A program made the position numbers and the translations under genes. 64,000 nt of DNA from Squalus acanthias (taxonomy: Eukaryota), in assembly GCA_030390025.1 (NCBI GenBank), contig CM059432.1:122452001-122516000 (forward strand), written 5' to 3'. This document shows, piece after piece, positions 25,090-36,995 of the stretch (the stretch's first letter is position 1; every line of letters begins with the position of its first letter). The notes under the pieces are model-generated. The model saw only the letters and a program-made list of their open reading frames with translations. It was not told the origin of the DNA and did no database searches.

Positions 25090-26871
25090 GTCTAGGTTCG
25101 GATCGGTCATGGCCCTGTGGGTAGTGGAGCGGGCCCAGGGACTGTGTAGCCTGATTCTGCTCCTATTTCGTGTGTGCAATTCTGTTAGATGCAGGAGATG
25201 GTTCTGTGATAGATAGTAGATTGGCGGTTAGGATCAGATCAGCCATGATCTTATTGAATGGCGGAGCAGGCTCGAGGGGCCGATTGGCCTACTCCTGCTC
25301 CTATTTCTTATGTTCTTATGTTCTTATAAGAAATCAACCCATCACCCGTGTGCATTTCTCTTAGTGACTGTCTTGTGTGTGCCTTTGCCTCTCCTACTGA
25401 TGTCATGCAGTGCTACCTCAGTGGCTGCTGCATGGCTGGTGGAAGGCTGCTGACTTTCAGTGGGGGACAAGGCAAATGTCCTTGCTGGTCGACCTTGTGG
25501 AGCTGGTGGCTGGGAGCGTCAGATCAAACTTCTTCTTCTTCACTCTCCTCTCCCTCTTCTTGGTCAACCATTGGCTGGGCAGGCTGGATTTCTTGGGCAT
25601 GTGAAATGAGGAAGGCACAGGTGGAGTTGTGGTAAGTGGAGGGCGGGAAAGCAAGAGGTGCATGCGAAAAGGAGGATAACATATGAGGATATCAGCATCT
25701 TCTTTCTGTTCAATCCCGCCACTGGACAAGAGCTCAGCCATGCCCCTGCCAAGAATGGCCTGCACTGTCTCCACCAAGGGGGTGAGGTGCCTCGTGATTG
25801 GTACAGATTGTTGGTAGGCGAATGATGGGGTAGCGGCGGAGTTGTGCATTGAGAAGTGTGTGAGGCTAGTGATGCAGTTGGTAGGAGACGGCTTTTGAAG
25901 ATGCATTCACTGACCTTGACCAGTTGTCTGAGGTCATAAAGCTTCTTTGGTCACTGGAATCAGGTTGTGTGGGCAACACTGCTGGCAGTAACGGCCTCGG
26001 TGATGTGGTCCCACATCATTCTTTCTGGAGGGCCTCCTGGCCCCTGTGGGTAGAGGACCTCTCTTGCAGTGTTGACCCCCTGCACAAAGCTGGAGTGCTG
26101 CGTGCGAGACCCTGGGTGCCCCTTCCCTGGCTTGAGGAGCCATTTGTGTTAGTGCTGAAGCACTTTTCCCATTTTTTGAGGTTCGCAAGGGAATTCACCT
26201 TTAAATGCTGAAGAATCGCATTTGGGACTTCTTTTTAATGTTAATTTTTTTATTGAAGGCAGTAAGGGCTGAAAGCTGCATTTTTTCACGGCATTTAAAT
26301 TTTTATTAGTTCTGAATGCATTGCCCCTTTAATTCATAGCCCCTTTAATTGCCCACAATGCCTTGCGAACTCCACAGCCTCGCTCTCACAAGCTGTAAAA
26401 AACTGCAATGCTGACTGTGGACAGGAACTTCGGGTCAGAGGCCTCCATTAACGCCATCAGGAGGGCTTTGCATAGTAGGTTAGCGCTGAGCTCCACATCG
26501 CCAGCCCCCAGCACGAATCTTTGGCCGGTAGCGCTGCGGCCATTTTCAGCGGCCATAAACTCGAGTTGCCGGTGACACCCGCAATTCTGTTGGCGCACAC
26601 GAATTTTTCCCCCGTTAACTCTGTTTCTCTCTCTTCACAGATGCTGCCTGACCTGCTGAGTAGTTCCAGCATTTTTTGTTTTTATTTCTAGATTTCAGCA
26701 TCCGCAGTAGTTTGCTTCAGTCTCAAATGCAACACTGATTTGGTATTTTTGACAGAGCACTCAATAAAAAGTTAATTTGTGTACAAATGATGATATAATA
26801 CGGCCATTAACACTCTGCGTTGCAGACAAATAGACAGGAACATTGTACCAGTAAATAATTACAGGCCTCAC

Positions 26872-26965
26872 TTTCAATACAAATAAGAGCAATGGTAACA
26901 TTGGGAACAGTAGATAGCAGAGTCCACAAGTTATTTAGGACTTCCTGAATGTAATGGACGCCATC
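26872..26965 (-). other. Candidate 94-nt host exon
   Basis: Acceptor tttgtgttacag|G and donor AA|gtgagg; one fully open frame DGVHYIQEVLNNLWTLLSTVPNVTIALICIE (the last 30 nt could alternatively encode MLPLLLFVLK); unique-looking sequence. Confidence 0.3.
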
Positions 26966-27219
26966 CTGTAACACAAAGTCCATGCAATTCAACTTTTCCT
27001 AAGGATTTACAAAAATCTACAGTACTGTACTTTGCTTCAGTCATTTGAGAAGTTTGGATATTTATTGTATATTAAAGCGTGTTGTTTCACAGATAGAAAT
27101 TTGTTATAAATGCTTTCTCATCATTGCAGTGTTATACATACTGACAGGAAATTCCCAATGGTGCTGCAATGGGGACGCCATAGCAACACCAGAAAAGGCA
27201 GCAAGAGCTTATTAAACTA

Positions 27220-27563
27220 CGAGCCCCACAACCCCCTGAGATATCGGCGCTCCTCTAATTCTGCCCTCTTGAGCATCCCTGATTATAATCGCTTCACCAT
27301 TGGCCGTGCCTTCTGTTGCCTAGGCCCTAAGCTCTGGAACTCCCTCCCTAAACCTCTCTGCTTCTCTACCTCTCTTTCCTCTTTTAAGATGCTCCTTAAA
27401 ACCTACCACTTTGACCAAGCTTTTGGTCACCTGCCCTAATTTCTCCTTATATGGCTCAGTGTTAATTTTTTTGTCTTTTAATACTCCTGTGAAGCGCCTT
27501 GGGATGTTTTACTATGTTAAAGGCGCTATATAAATACAAGTTGTTGTTGTTGTTGTTGTTGTT
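27220..27563 (+). mobile_element. L2-type LINE 3' end with (ttg)n tail
   Basis: GRAFCCLGPKLWNSLP..FKMLLKTY; tail ggcgctatataaatacaagttgttg... Confidence 0.85.
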
Positions 27564-28377
27564 GAGATCCAAGGTCTTCAGCAGGTAAGTGCAGGACCTG
27601 AATTGGAGGGAGAGGAAGCTTCTGCAAGGCCCTCTTCTTCCACTGGAGAACCTTGCGACTGTTACCGCGATTTCCCGGGGGCTTATCGCCACCTTCCACA
27701 CAGCGGCCTTAGAAAGCAGCAGTAGGTGGAATGTGAATAATCAGATAATTTGAGCAAAGCAGAAAAGGCTTTCTTTTCTTTAAAACAAAAAAAAATGGAA
27801 TAAATGAAGCAAAATTGAATAAACCTTTCACAGCCTTTAATTTTTAGGAGGAAGAATGACTAAAAGGCCTTTGTGATATGCAATGACCCTGTAAATCAAG
27901 AATGCATTTCAATGTGATTTACAAATTCCAATGACGGATCCTACCTAATATAGTAATACATCTGCTTCAGATGCAGTGAATTTCCAGAACTTTTAGCTTT
28001 TAATTCAGATTTCCAGCATTTTTTTTATCATCTTTAATACAATCATTCTTTTTTGGAGGATTGACAATGTGAGAAGGGATTTGACGTGATCCTTGTGCTT
28101 TTTTCTTGATGAAATTTGTGTTTACAGGGGAGTGATGTTAAGGCTTGGAAAGCCAACATTTTCCCATATTAACGCATCCAGTGCCGGCATCAAGAACTCC
28201 CCGGTCAGACGAGGCTTCTTCTGCACTGCCCACGATGTGCTTAGTAACAAACCCCAGACGTTGTCTGATTACTTATCTGCCCTTGAATCTCCTGACTTAG
28301 TTATTCTCTTGTTCTGCGGTCAGTGTGACATAAATGAAGCATTTTATCTAGTTTTAGCTTGGCATTATTATCGGTGT

Positions 28378-28826
28378 CAACTGTATCTCAGTTGGTAGCA
28401 TTCTCGCCTCTGAGTCCGAAGGTTGCGGGTTCTAAGTCCCACTCCAGAGACTGGAGCACAAAATCTAGGCTGACACTTCAGTGCAGTACTGAGGGAGTGC
28501 TGCACTGTTGGAGGTGCCGCCCTTTGAATGAGACGTTAAACTGAGGCCCCATCTGCCCTCTCAGGTGGATGTAAAAGATCCCATGGCACTTTTTGAAGAA
28601 GAGATGGGGAATTCTTTCCAGTGTGCTGGCCAATATTTATCCTTCAACCAACATCACTAAAACAGATTATCGCTGTTTGCAGGACCTTTTAGTGCGCAAA
28701 TTTGCTGCTGCGTTTCCTCCAATATAACAGTCACTTCACTTCAAAAGTACTTCATTGGCTATAAAGCGCTTTGGGACATCCTGAGGTCATGAAAGGTGCT
28801 CTATAAATGCAAGTCATTCTTTCTTT
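28378..28826 (+). mobile_element. SacSINE1-like DeuSINE
   Basis: tRNA-like head (ctcagttggtagc..ggttc); Deu-domain-like gtgccgccctttgaatgagacgttaaac..gtaaaagatcccatggcact; L2-like tail. Confidence 0.8.
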
Positions 28827-30154
28827 TTATTGGCTCCATCAATTCAGTGATGTCACATAAGGACTCAAAAACTTGCCGTACCCACGGAAACCCTGTCCCA
28901 GCCGACATCAATGTTGTGGAGCTACATTTTACTTTGTTTTAGCACCTGTTAAATGGAGGAAAATGTTTTAAAACTTTGGAGGTCCTGATCCTCCCAGGAC
29001 CATAAGCTGACAGGGAAGTCTGGGACTCGATATATCCTGACCCTGGTCTAATTTCCAACCCTTCCACTAGATGTATGGTGGGAGTGAACCATAAGGGTCA
29101 TGGATTTTCAGCCCTATATAATATAATATTACTGCTATTTATTCATTTCTTTATTCACCGTTCAAAGCAAATTAAAGCTTAAAACACAGTCCAGAATCAT
29201 TCTGCTGCTTCGCGAAGATGCAAAGAGGATCCTGTGGAGGCAGGGGATCGGTAGCTAAAACAAAACTCAAGTCGAGGGAGTGCTGAAAACTTGCCTAAAT
29301 ATCAGGGCAAGTGTGAACACTGTCAAGGACATGAGGAGTGAGGCTTCACTAACAAGAATAGTCTGAGACACAAGCCAAAAATATATCTAGAATAAAAAGG
29401 TTGCAAAGATCCAAAAAACATAACGGTCAGAGCTGATTCTTTATATTCAAATATTGTATTGCATGGGATTTTAAAGCTTTTTTTTTTACATTGATACAAG
29501 ATTTATCTGAGTTACATTTTTATACTTTAGACAGATACAGACCATCCATCGACTTCACGTAATGAAGGGAAGGTGCTCCATAAGTTTAAAAGGACCACAT
29601 GTATTTGCTTCGCTTTGTTTGATAATGTTCAATATATTCAAGCAATGTCCAGAGAATAATGAAGCCTGCTTCCAGTCGTATGAGTATTAACAGGTAAAAT
29701 CCACTAGGTGGAGGAGTTCATAACAGAAGCTTGTACCAAATCACTGGCGTACTGCCAGCTTTACTCCTAATGATGGATCCAAGGCTGCTCCACACATCGT
29801 CGGTAGCATTGCAAAGTTATTCTGACCGCCAGCGGAAAACAAAGTAACAGCCACCCAATTTTAAAGCTTACAGAATGAAACAGGACAGCTGCCTGGCACT
29901 GCCAGAAGTTCCTGCCGATTGCACAAAGCCTTGCTGACAAACACGAGATAATGAGAAAATCTACCGCAAACAGGGCTCCAATATCAGCATGCACCATTGC
30001 CAGAGGACTACACAGAAAGTGCTCATTTATCTGTGTCTGCATTAACCCCGTCTCACTCAGAGTGACTAAAAACCAGCCCAGCAGCAACATTGCTTTCCAT
30101 TGCTTATTTTAAAATCAATATTACCGCATGTGTGGTGAGGAAAAGATAGAACTT

Positions 30155-30592
30155 ATTCGATTGCACTTTACAACCTTCTGGACTCAACATTGAGTTCAAC
30201 AATTTCAGATCAGAACCTCTGCCCTCATTTTTTCAGATGGCAGCTGTTGTTGATTCTGCTATTCCTAATTACACCTCCTTTTGTTTCTTTACCTGTCCCA
30301 TGATCATCTCCTTTTACTTTGTACTATCATCCCTTTTGTCTTTTAATCTCTCCTCCTTTCCACCCTATCACAGACCTTCCCTTTTGTTCTTTCCTCCCCT
30401 CCCCCCTTTCCTTTCCTCTGCACTTGCTTAAAACCTGTTACATCTCTAATATTTTCCAGTTCTGATGAAGGGTCATTGACCTGAACAGTCAACTCTGTTT
30501 CTCTCTTCACAGATGCTGCCTGACCTGCTGAGTGTTTCCAGCATTTTCAGTTTTTATTTCGGATTTCCAGCATCCGCTGTATTTTGCTTTTG
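30155..30592 (+). mobile_element. Penelope family-2 3' UTR fragment with degenerate HHR (30457-30495)
   Basis: Homologous to 58120-58485 plus 58865-58965; core agttCTGATGAagggtcattgacctGAAc. Confidence 0.8.
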
Positions 30593-30599
30593 TATTAAT

Positions 30600-31351
30600 G
30601 GCCCAAAAATTCGACTGTTCCCAGGTGAGTACACAGTCCGTACTCACCCGTATACCCGAAGTGCCGGTTTCCTGCATGCACTGCGCATGCGCGGGAAACC
30701 GGAACTTCTGGTATGGTGAAGGGGGCAGTTCCTAAGTGAACTTCGTGCGCACTAGAGGCTGCGCGCACGCAGCACACTTAGATTTTTTTTCAGGTTTCAA
30801 CGCGAGGGTAAGTATTGAAGATTCTACGCTGGTAAAAAGGAGGCGTAAGACCCCTTTTGAACAAGGTAAGTAGTTAATTAAGTATAATTTTAAATTTTTT
30901 TCAACAGGTTTATCTTTTTTAGATACTTTAAAGAAAGGTAAGTTTATTTTTATAACTTTTAAAAAGTACTTTAATTTTTTCAAAATTTTTGTTTAAAGTG
31001 GTTAATTTATTTAACTATAGTTATTTTATAAATGTGATGGTTTGTTTTTAATTTATTTTAAGTTTAGCTGTTCTTTTGGGGCCGATTTCAATTCACAGAT
31101 TTGACAGGTCTCCTGTCAAATCTATGAATCAAAGATGGTCTGCTGCCATTGGCTCTCCATGGTCCACATGATCCCAGGGGTCGCATCGCACTAACTGCGC
31201 CCCTGGAACACGCAAGCACTGCGCGCCAGCTCTTGGGAGAGGCCCGGGACCCGCAGTTCCTGTGGGCCCAAAACACAACGGCAGGCGCGGTGGGTAAGAG
31301 CACACGCGATCCTTACCCCCGCGGCAAGCTGGCCACGCGAATTTCTAGGCC
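30600..31351. mobile_element. Harbinger-type MITE
   Basis: TIRs ggcccaaaaattcg / cgaatttctaggcc; perfect TSD AAT; AT-rich core like 15967-16624. Confidence 0.85.
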
Positions 31352-31556
31352 AATGTTTTCTCTTCCTTTTTGAAATGTAGAGCGTGAGCCTATTCTTACT
31401 ATTTTGAAACATTCTCATTTATTCTTCCAAAGTTAAAATTAAAAGATATTAAAAGCAATTACTTAAACACTAGCCCTCCTTGCCAAAAGAAACAGTAACC
31501 CACGTTAATTTCAACATCCAGCATCACTAAAACTGATTATCTGGTCATTATCATAT

Positions 31557-32465
31557 TCCAAAAGTTGGAAGTATAGTGAACAGTGAGGAGGATAGTGATA
31601 GACTTCAAGAGGACATAGACAGGCTTGTGAAATGGGCGGACACGTGGCAGATGAAATTTAACGCAGAAAAGTGCGAAGTGATACATTTTGGTAGGAAGAA
31701 CGAGGCGAGGCAATATAAACTAAAGGGTACAATCCTAAAGTGGATGCGTGAACAGAGAGACCTGGGGGTATATGTGCACAAATCGTTGAAGGTGGCAGGG
31801 CAGGTTGTGAAAGCTGTTAAAAAAGCTTACGGGATCCTGGGCTTCATAAAAAGAGGCATAGAGTACAAAAGAGAGGAAGTTATGATGAACCTTTATAAAA
31901 CACTGGTTCGGCCTCAACTGGAGTATTGTGTCCAATTCTGGGCGCCGCACTTTAGGAAGGATGTGAAGGCCTTAAAGAGGGTGCAGAAAAGATTTACGAC
32001 AATGATTCCAGGGATGAGGGATTCAGTTACGTGGATAGACTAGAAAAGCTGGGGTTGTTCTCCTTAGAGCAGAGAAGGTTGAGAGGAGATTTGATAGAGG
32101 TATTCAAAATCATGAGGGGTCTAGACAGAGGAGATAGAGAGAAACTGTTCCTATTGGCGGAAGGGTCGAGAACCAGAGGACACAGATTTAAGGTGATTGG
32201 CAAAAGAACCAAAGGCGACATGAGGAAAAACTTTTTTACGCAGCAAGTGGTTAGAATCTGGAATGCACTGCCTGAAAGGGTGGTGGAGGCAGACTCAATC
32301 GTGGCTTTCAAAAGGGAATTGGATAAGTATCTGAAGGAAAAAAATTGCAGGCTACAGGGAAAAGGCGGGGGAGTGGGAATAGCTGAAGTGCTCTTGTAGA
32401 GAGCCAGCACAGGCCCGACGGGCCGAATGGTCTGCTTCTGTGCTGTAACTATTCTATGATTCTAT
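31557..32465 (+). mobile_element. 5'-truncated CR1 (RT C-terminus, frameshifted) inserted into a DeuSINE 3' fragment
   Basis: ORFs 31576..32043 and 32031..32399; SINE halves at ~31520-31556 and ~32467-32530 rejoin across it. Confidence 0.88.
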
Positions 32466-32544
32466 ACTGTTTGTGAGGCCTTGCTATGCGCAAAATTGGC
32501 TGCCATGTTTCCCACATTACAACAGTGACTCTATTAGCTGTAAT

Positions 32545-33392
32545 AAAATCCACTGCCTCTGATTTGTCATGCTGCTTGTCCGGATGAGGAGAAATGTCCT
32601 CCAATTGTCCCATCCACAAACTCCGTTCCCTAGCCATTGATGCCGGCCCTTTCCCTGGCCACTGTCTGAGGCTGAACCAGACTGTTCGCAACCTTGGTTT
32701 CCTATTTAACCCTCAGCTGGGCTTCTGTCCCTATATCCTTTCCATCACCAATACCGCCTACATCCACCTCCATAACATCACCTGTCCCCGCTCCTGTCTC
32801 AGCTCATCTGCCTTTGTTACCACTAGATTCGACTATTCTAATGCTCTTCTGGATGGTCTCCTACCTTACACCCTCCATAAACCTTAACATATCCGAAACT
32901 CTGCTGCCCATATCCTAACTCGCACCAAGTTCCATTCACCCATCACCCCTGTGCTCATTAACCTACATTGGCTCCCGGGCCGGCAACGCCTCAATTTAAA
33001 AATACTCATCCTTGTTTACAAATCCCTCCATGGCCTTGTCTCTCCTTATCTCTGTAACCTCCTTCAGCCCCACAACGCCCCCCCCCCCCGAGATATCTGC
33101 GCTCCTCTAATTCTGCCCTCTTGAGCATCCCTGATTATAATCGCTCAACCATTGGTGGCCGTGCCTTCTGTTGCCTAGGCCCTAAGCTCTGGAATTCCCA
33201 GCCTAAACCTCTCTGCCTCTCTATCTCTCTCTGTTCCTTTAAGACGCCCCTTAAAACCAACCTCGTTACCTGTGCTAATATCTCCTTATGTGGCTCGGAG
33301 TCAAATTATGTTTGACAATCGCTCCTGTGAAGCCCCTTGGGACATTTTACTATGTTAAAGGTGCTATATAAATGCAAGTTGTTGTTGTTGTA
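32545..33392 (+). mobile_element. Degraded L2-type LINE 3' portion
   Basis: VRNLG..F, TTRFDYSNALL, ITPVL..LHWLP, GGRAF..GPKLWN; (ttg)n tail. Confidence 0.82.
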
Positions 33393-33815
33393 AAGTGATT
33401 TGTGATGTTCTGAGGTCATGAAAGGCACTATGTAAATGCAAGTCTTTCTTTTTCTTTCTTTACTTGGGCAATTTGTTAGATATTTATTTGTATTTATCTT
33501 TAACTTATTCCTAAGCCAATGATGTAGTCTGACAAAAATGTCAACGGCCACGATTTTATCATTGGTGGCAGGTTGGGTGCGGGTTTGAGGTTCGGCGGGT
33601 TCAGGTCCCACCTTCGATTTCAATCGTCCAGAAAAATTGATTTTCCCTTAAGTGGCCTACTTAATGTGTCCGTGCGCGCTACCCGTCCCAATTAGTGGGT
33701 TCGGGTCTGTTGCTCGCCTCTGCTGACGTCTGTCAGCCAGCTGTATTTAAGGGGCCCACGCAGGATTGCTTCAAATCCTTCCTTTCCTGTTGCTTCTCAT
33801 TTCGAAATTGTTGCC

Positions 33816-35712
33816 ATGACTTCTGCAAGAGCTAAGGCTTCTCCCTGCTTTGATGATGACTCCCTCCATGCTCTTGTGGCGGGAGTGAGAGGGCACCAGG
33901 AGGTACTCTTCCCCTCATCCGGAATGAGGAAGCCTCCTCAGCAAAGCAAAGCAGCCTGGCTGCAAATTGCTGAGGAGGTGAGCTCCAGATCGTTGTGTGC
34001 TCGATCCTGGGTCCAGTGCAGAAAAAGGTTCAATGACCTGGTACGCTCAGCAAAAGTGAGTATAACATCACACTTACCCTCAATCTGCTCCCCATCTCCT
34101 CTCATCACCAGCACTCTGCATTGTCAACCTACTCCTGCACATCTCACTTTACCCTTACATTCCTTGCACCCTTAACCATCCCTCTCTCTCTATGTACACA
34201 AGCACTTCACTATTCTACTATGCACCCTCACACTCGCTATCACTGTTATGCAATGACAACAACTAACAATGCACCGGGAGAGCCCTTGGTATTGGCACCT
34301 CACTCCATCTTTGTCTCCCTCTAAGCATCTATGCTATGGATTCTCTACACTCACTCCAACATTCTCGCTCAAACTCCACTTGTGTCCCTCATTGCAGGAA
34401 AAGAGATCCCACAATAAGAGGGAGAGGGGGAGAACAGGAGGAGGGCCACCTTCCATTGCCCAGCTGACCACCGCTGAGGAGGCTGCTCTGGAGATCATAG
34501 GAGGTGCTGAGGATCTGGAAGTGGGGGACGGTCAGACGGGCGCAGTAGAGCAAGCTGGTGACAGAATAGATCTGCAGCCCTCTCAGTTACATTGCATGAG
34601 TGACTGATACGGTATCTGATGCTCATACAGATTGAGTTATGATCATCTGCACAATTCAATGTGCATGATACGTTAATATCACATGTCTAACTCATGCCTT
34701 TACTCCCCCACAGGACCATCGAGAGCCCCACTGTCCAGGAGGAAGAGCTGGAAGACTCCTCAGAGGAAGCTGCAACCACTGAGGGCGCACGTCAGCAGAA
34801 TTAAGTGCACCCAGCACCAGCGCAGATACGCACACCATGGTGGGTCCTTCGAGAGATACAGTCATGTTGTCACCTGGTGTATCACAGCTCACAAGTGAGC
34901 ATGAGCAGATGGTGGAGACGGGGACAGCAGTGGAGAGTCCTCGTCGGAGACTGCAGGGCGCTCCAAGCTCTGCTCAGCTGCATGTGGACCCTATGCCTCT
35001 GGGGCCATCCAGGAAGAGAGCGGTGCTGGAACTCCAGGAGCAAGTGCAGAAGTCTCTGGCAGGTTTTACATCCAGGGTAACTGCGAGTGCGGAGAGGATG
35101 GAGGAGTCCATCTCTAACATGAGCACTGCCTTTGTGGAGGCAATGGTGCATGAACGCACCACCACAGAAAGGATGGCTACGGTCATGGAGGAAATAAGTC
35201 ACCAGAGTCAGGAAAACATGGTGAATGTTCAGAATAGAATGACATCTCTGGAGGAGCGATGGGCAGCTATTAAGCAGAGAGACCAGAGCTTCATGGATGT
35301 CCTTTTGAGGAGGACTGCCAGTGCAGATACGGGTCCTCATGGCCCCCCTGAAGTTAGCAAGGTGCTCTCCTGCCACTTGCTAGCACTGAAGTGCGGCTGA
35401 CCCATGAGAGGAATGTTGGTGGCAGGCAACGAGGAAGTGTGGGCTCCTCTCCAAGCACTCACACGACCATGTCACTGCGGAGCCCTCGGTCAGAGCCCCA
35501 CCAGAGTCCTCACCCAACTGAGATGGCCGTCTCAGCCCTAGGAGGAGCAGACTGTTGCCGAGCCCTCCCAGGCTCGTAAACCCAGAGGACACCCGCCAAA
35601 GGTGTCGAAGCAGGAGTAGCATGAAAGTAAGCAAGGTGCCTCCACATCTGCTGAAGCCACAGGGGAAGCACCACATAGAAGCACGCGTAAGAGAAAGATG
35701 AAGCACCTATAG
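33816..35712 (+). pseudogene. Myb/SANT gene of element C; exons 33816-34055, 34398-34557, 34714-35712; frameshifts in exon 3
   Basis: FDDDSLHALV..WLQIAEEV..QCRKRFNDLVRSAK|gtgagt; EKRSHNKRERGRTGGGPP; canonical splice sites. Confidence 0.85.
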
Positions 35713-36995
35713 TTACAAGGGTAATCACTTGGGTGTTTTGATGTAATACATCTTTAATATAATCATCGTCATTTCAATGTCAATAAAGAAATGCGATGGC
35801 AAACATTCAAAGAGTTGGCCTATGTGTGCCCAGAAATGGAAGTGTCACAGTGAGGTGCAAGGGTGCCTTCCATCTGTAATGATGGTGGTGAGAGTGATAG
35901 GAACCCAGACCTTATTGTACATTGTGTATGGTGTGTTAAGAACGTGGTAGCCACATATGTTTGCTTCATCAACTTAAACAAATCTGGCTCAGATTAGTGC
36001 ATCCCTTGTATCACGGGCAGCAATGTGCTCACGTGCTGGTGGAACTGGCGCATCCGCCTCCGCAAGGTACTCCTCCTCCTCCTCCTCCTCCTACTCATCC
36101 TCATCCTCCTCCTCTGAGGCTGTGCACTGAGCCACTTGTTCCTCAGGCAGTGGTAAGCCACGCTGCTGTGCGATGTTGTGCAGTGCACAGCAGACCACGA
36201 TGATTCTGGAGACCCTGGCTGGTGTGTACTGTAGAGCTCCACCAGATCTGTCGAGGCATCTGAATTGCATTTTGAGCAAGCTGATGGTTTGCACGATGAT
36301 GGCTCTGGTGGAAATGTGGCTGGCATTGTAGCGCTCCTCAGCTTCGTTTGATGGCCTCCTTAACAACGCCATTAGCCACGTCTTCAGGGGATAGCCCTTG
36401 TCTCCAAGTAGCCATCCGGAAAGTTGGGTTGGCGGATTGAAGAGCTGAGGCACAGTAGACTGTTGCAGAATGAATGAGTCATGGCAACTGCCAGGGAACT
36501 TTGTGCAAACATGCATGATGATCTTCCGGTGGTTACATACCAGCTGGACGTTAAGGGAGTAGAAGCCCTTGCGGTTCACCAATACAGCTGGGTTGTGACG
36601 GGGTGCCCTATGGCCACATGTGTGTAGTCTACGACGCCCTGCACCATTGGCAAGCCTGCCATATTTGCAAAGCCAACCGCACGCGCGGTTACACTTGGTT
36701 CATCCGTGGAGAAGTGGATGTAATTGTGCACCTTTGCAAAGAGCGCATCGGTAACCTGTGTGATGCAAGTGTGTGCAGCCGACTGGGAGATTCCGCTGAT
36801 GTCTGCAGATGATCCCTGGAAGGACCCTGAAGCAAAATGATTGAGGGCGGTGGTGACTTTGACAGCCACTGGTAAGGAGTGTCCACCCGCTCCTCTGGGC
36901 TCCAGGTGTTGCTGCAGCATTGCGCAGATGTCAGCGACTACCTCTCGCAAAAGTCTCAGCCTCCTTTAGCACTGCTGCTCAGTCATGTTGAGGAA

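Larger units (their letters stand above)
21742..25327 (+). mobile_element. Young CR1 LINE, 5'-truncated within ORF1
   Basis: ORF1 remnant, intact ORF2, 3' UTR stem-loop and (ttcttatg)n tail. Confidence 0.96.
20867..26613. mobile_element. Internally deleted Harbinger derivative F, containing a CR1 (21742-25327) and a Penelope-tail palindrome
   Basis: Imperfect TIRs ggacgaaacattcg / cgaatttttccccc (11/14); TSD att/gtt; transposase C-terminal remnant ~21470-21580; Myb remnants on - at ~25370-26150. Confidence 0.7.

Noticed and set aside
28093..28398. 101-aa ORF with an acceptor-like tttacag
   Set aside because: No donor or recognisable domain, and it runs into a SINE
30457..30495. Functional hammerhead ribozyme
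   Set aside because: The GAAA core is mutated to GAAC and the palindrome is lost; treated as a decayed copy
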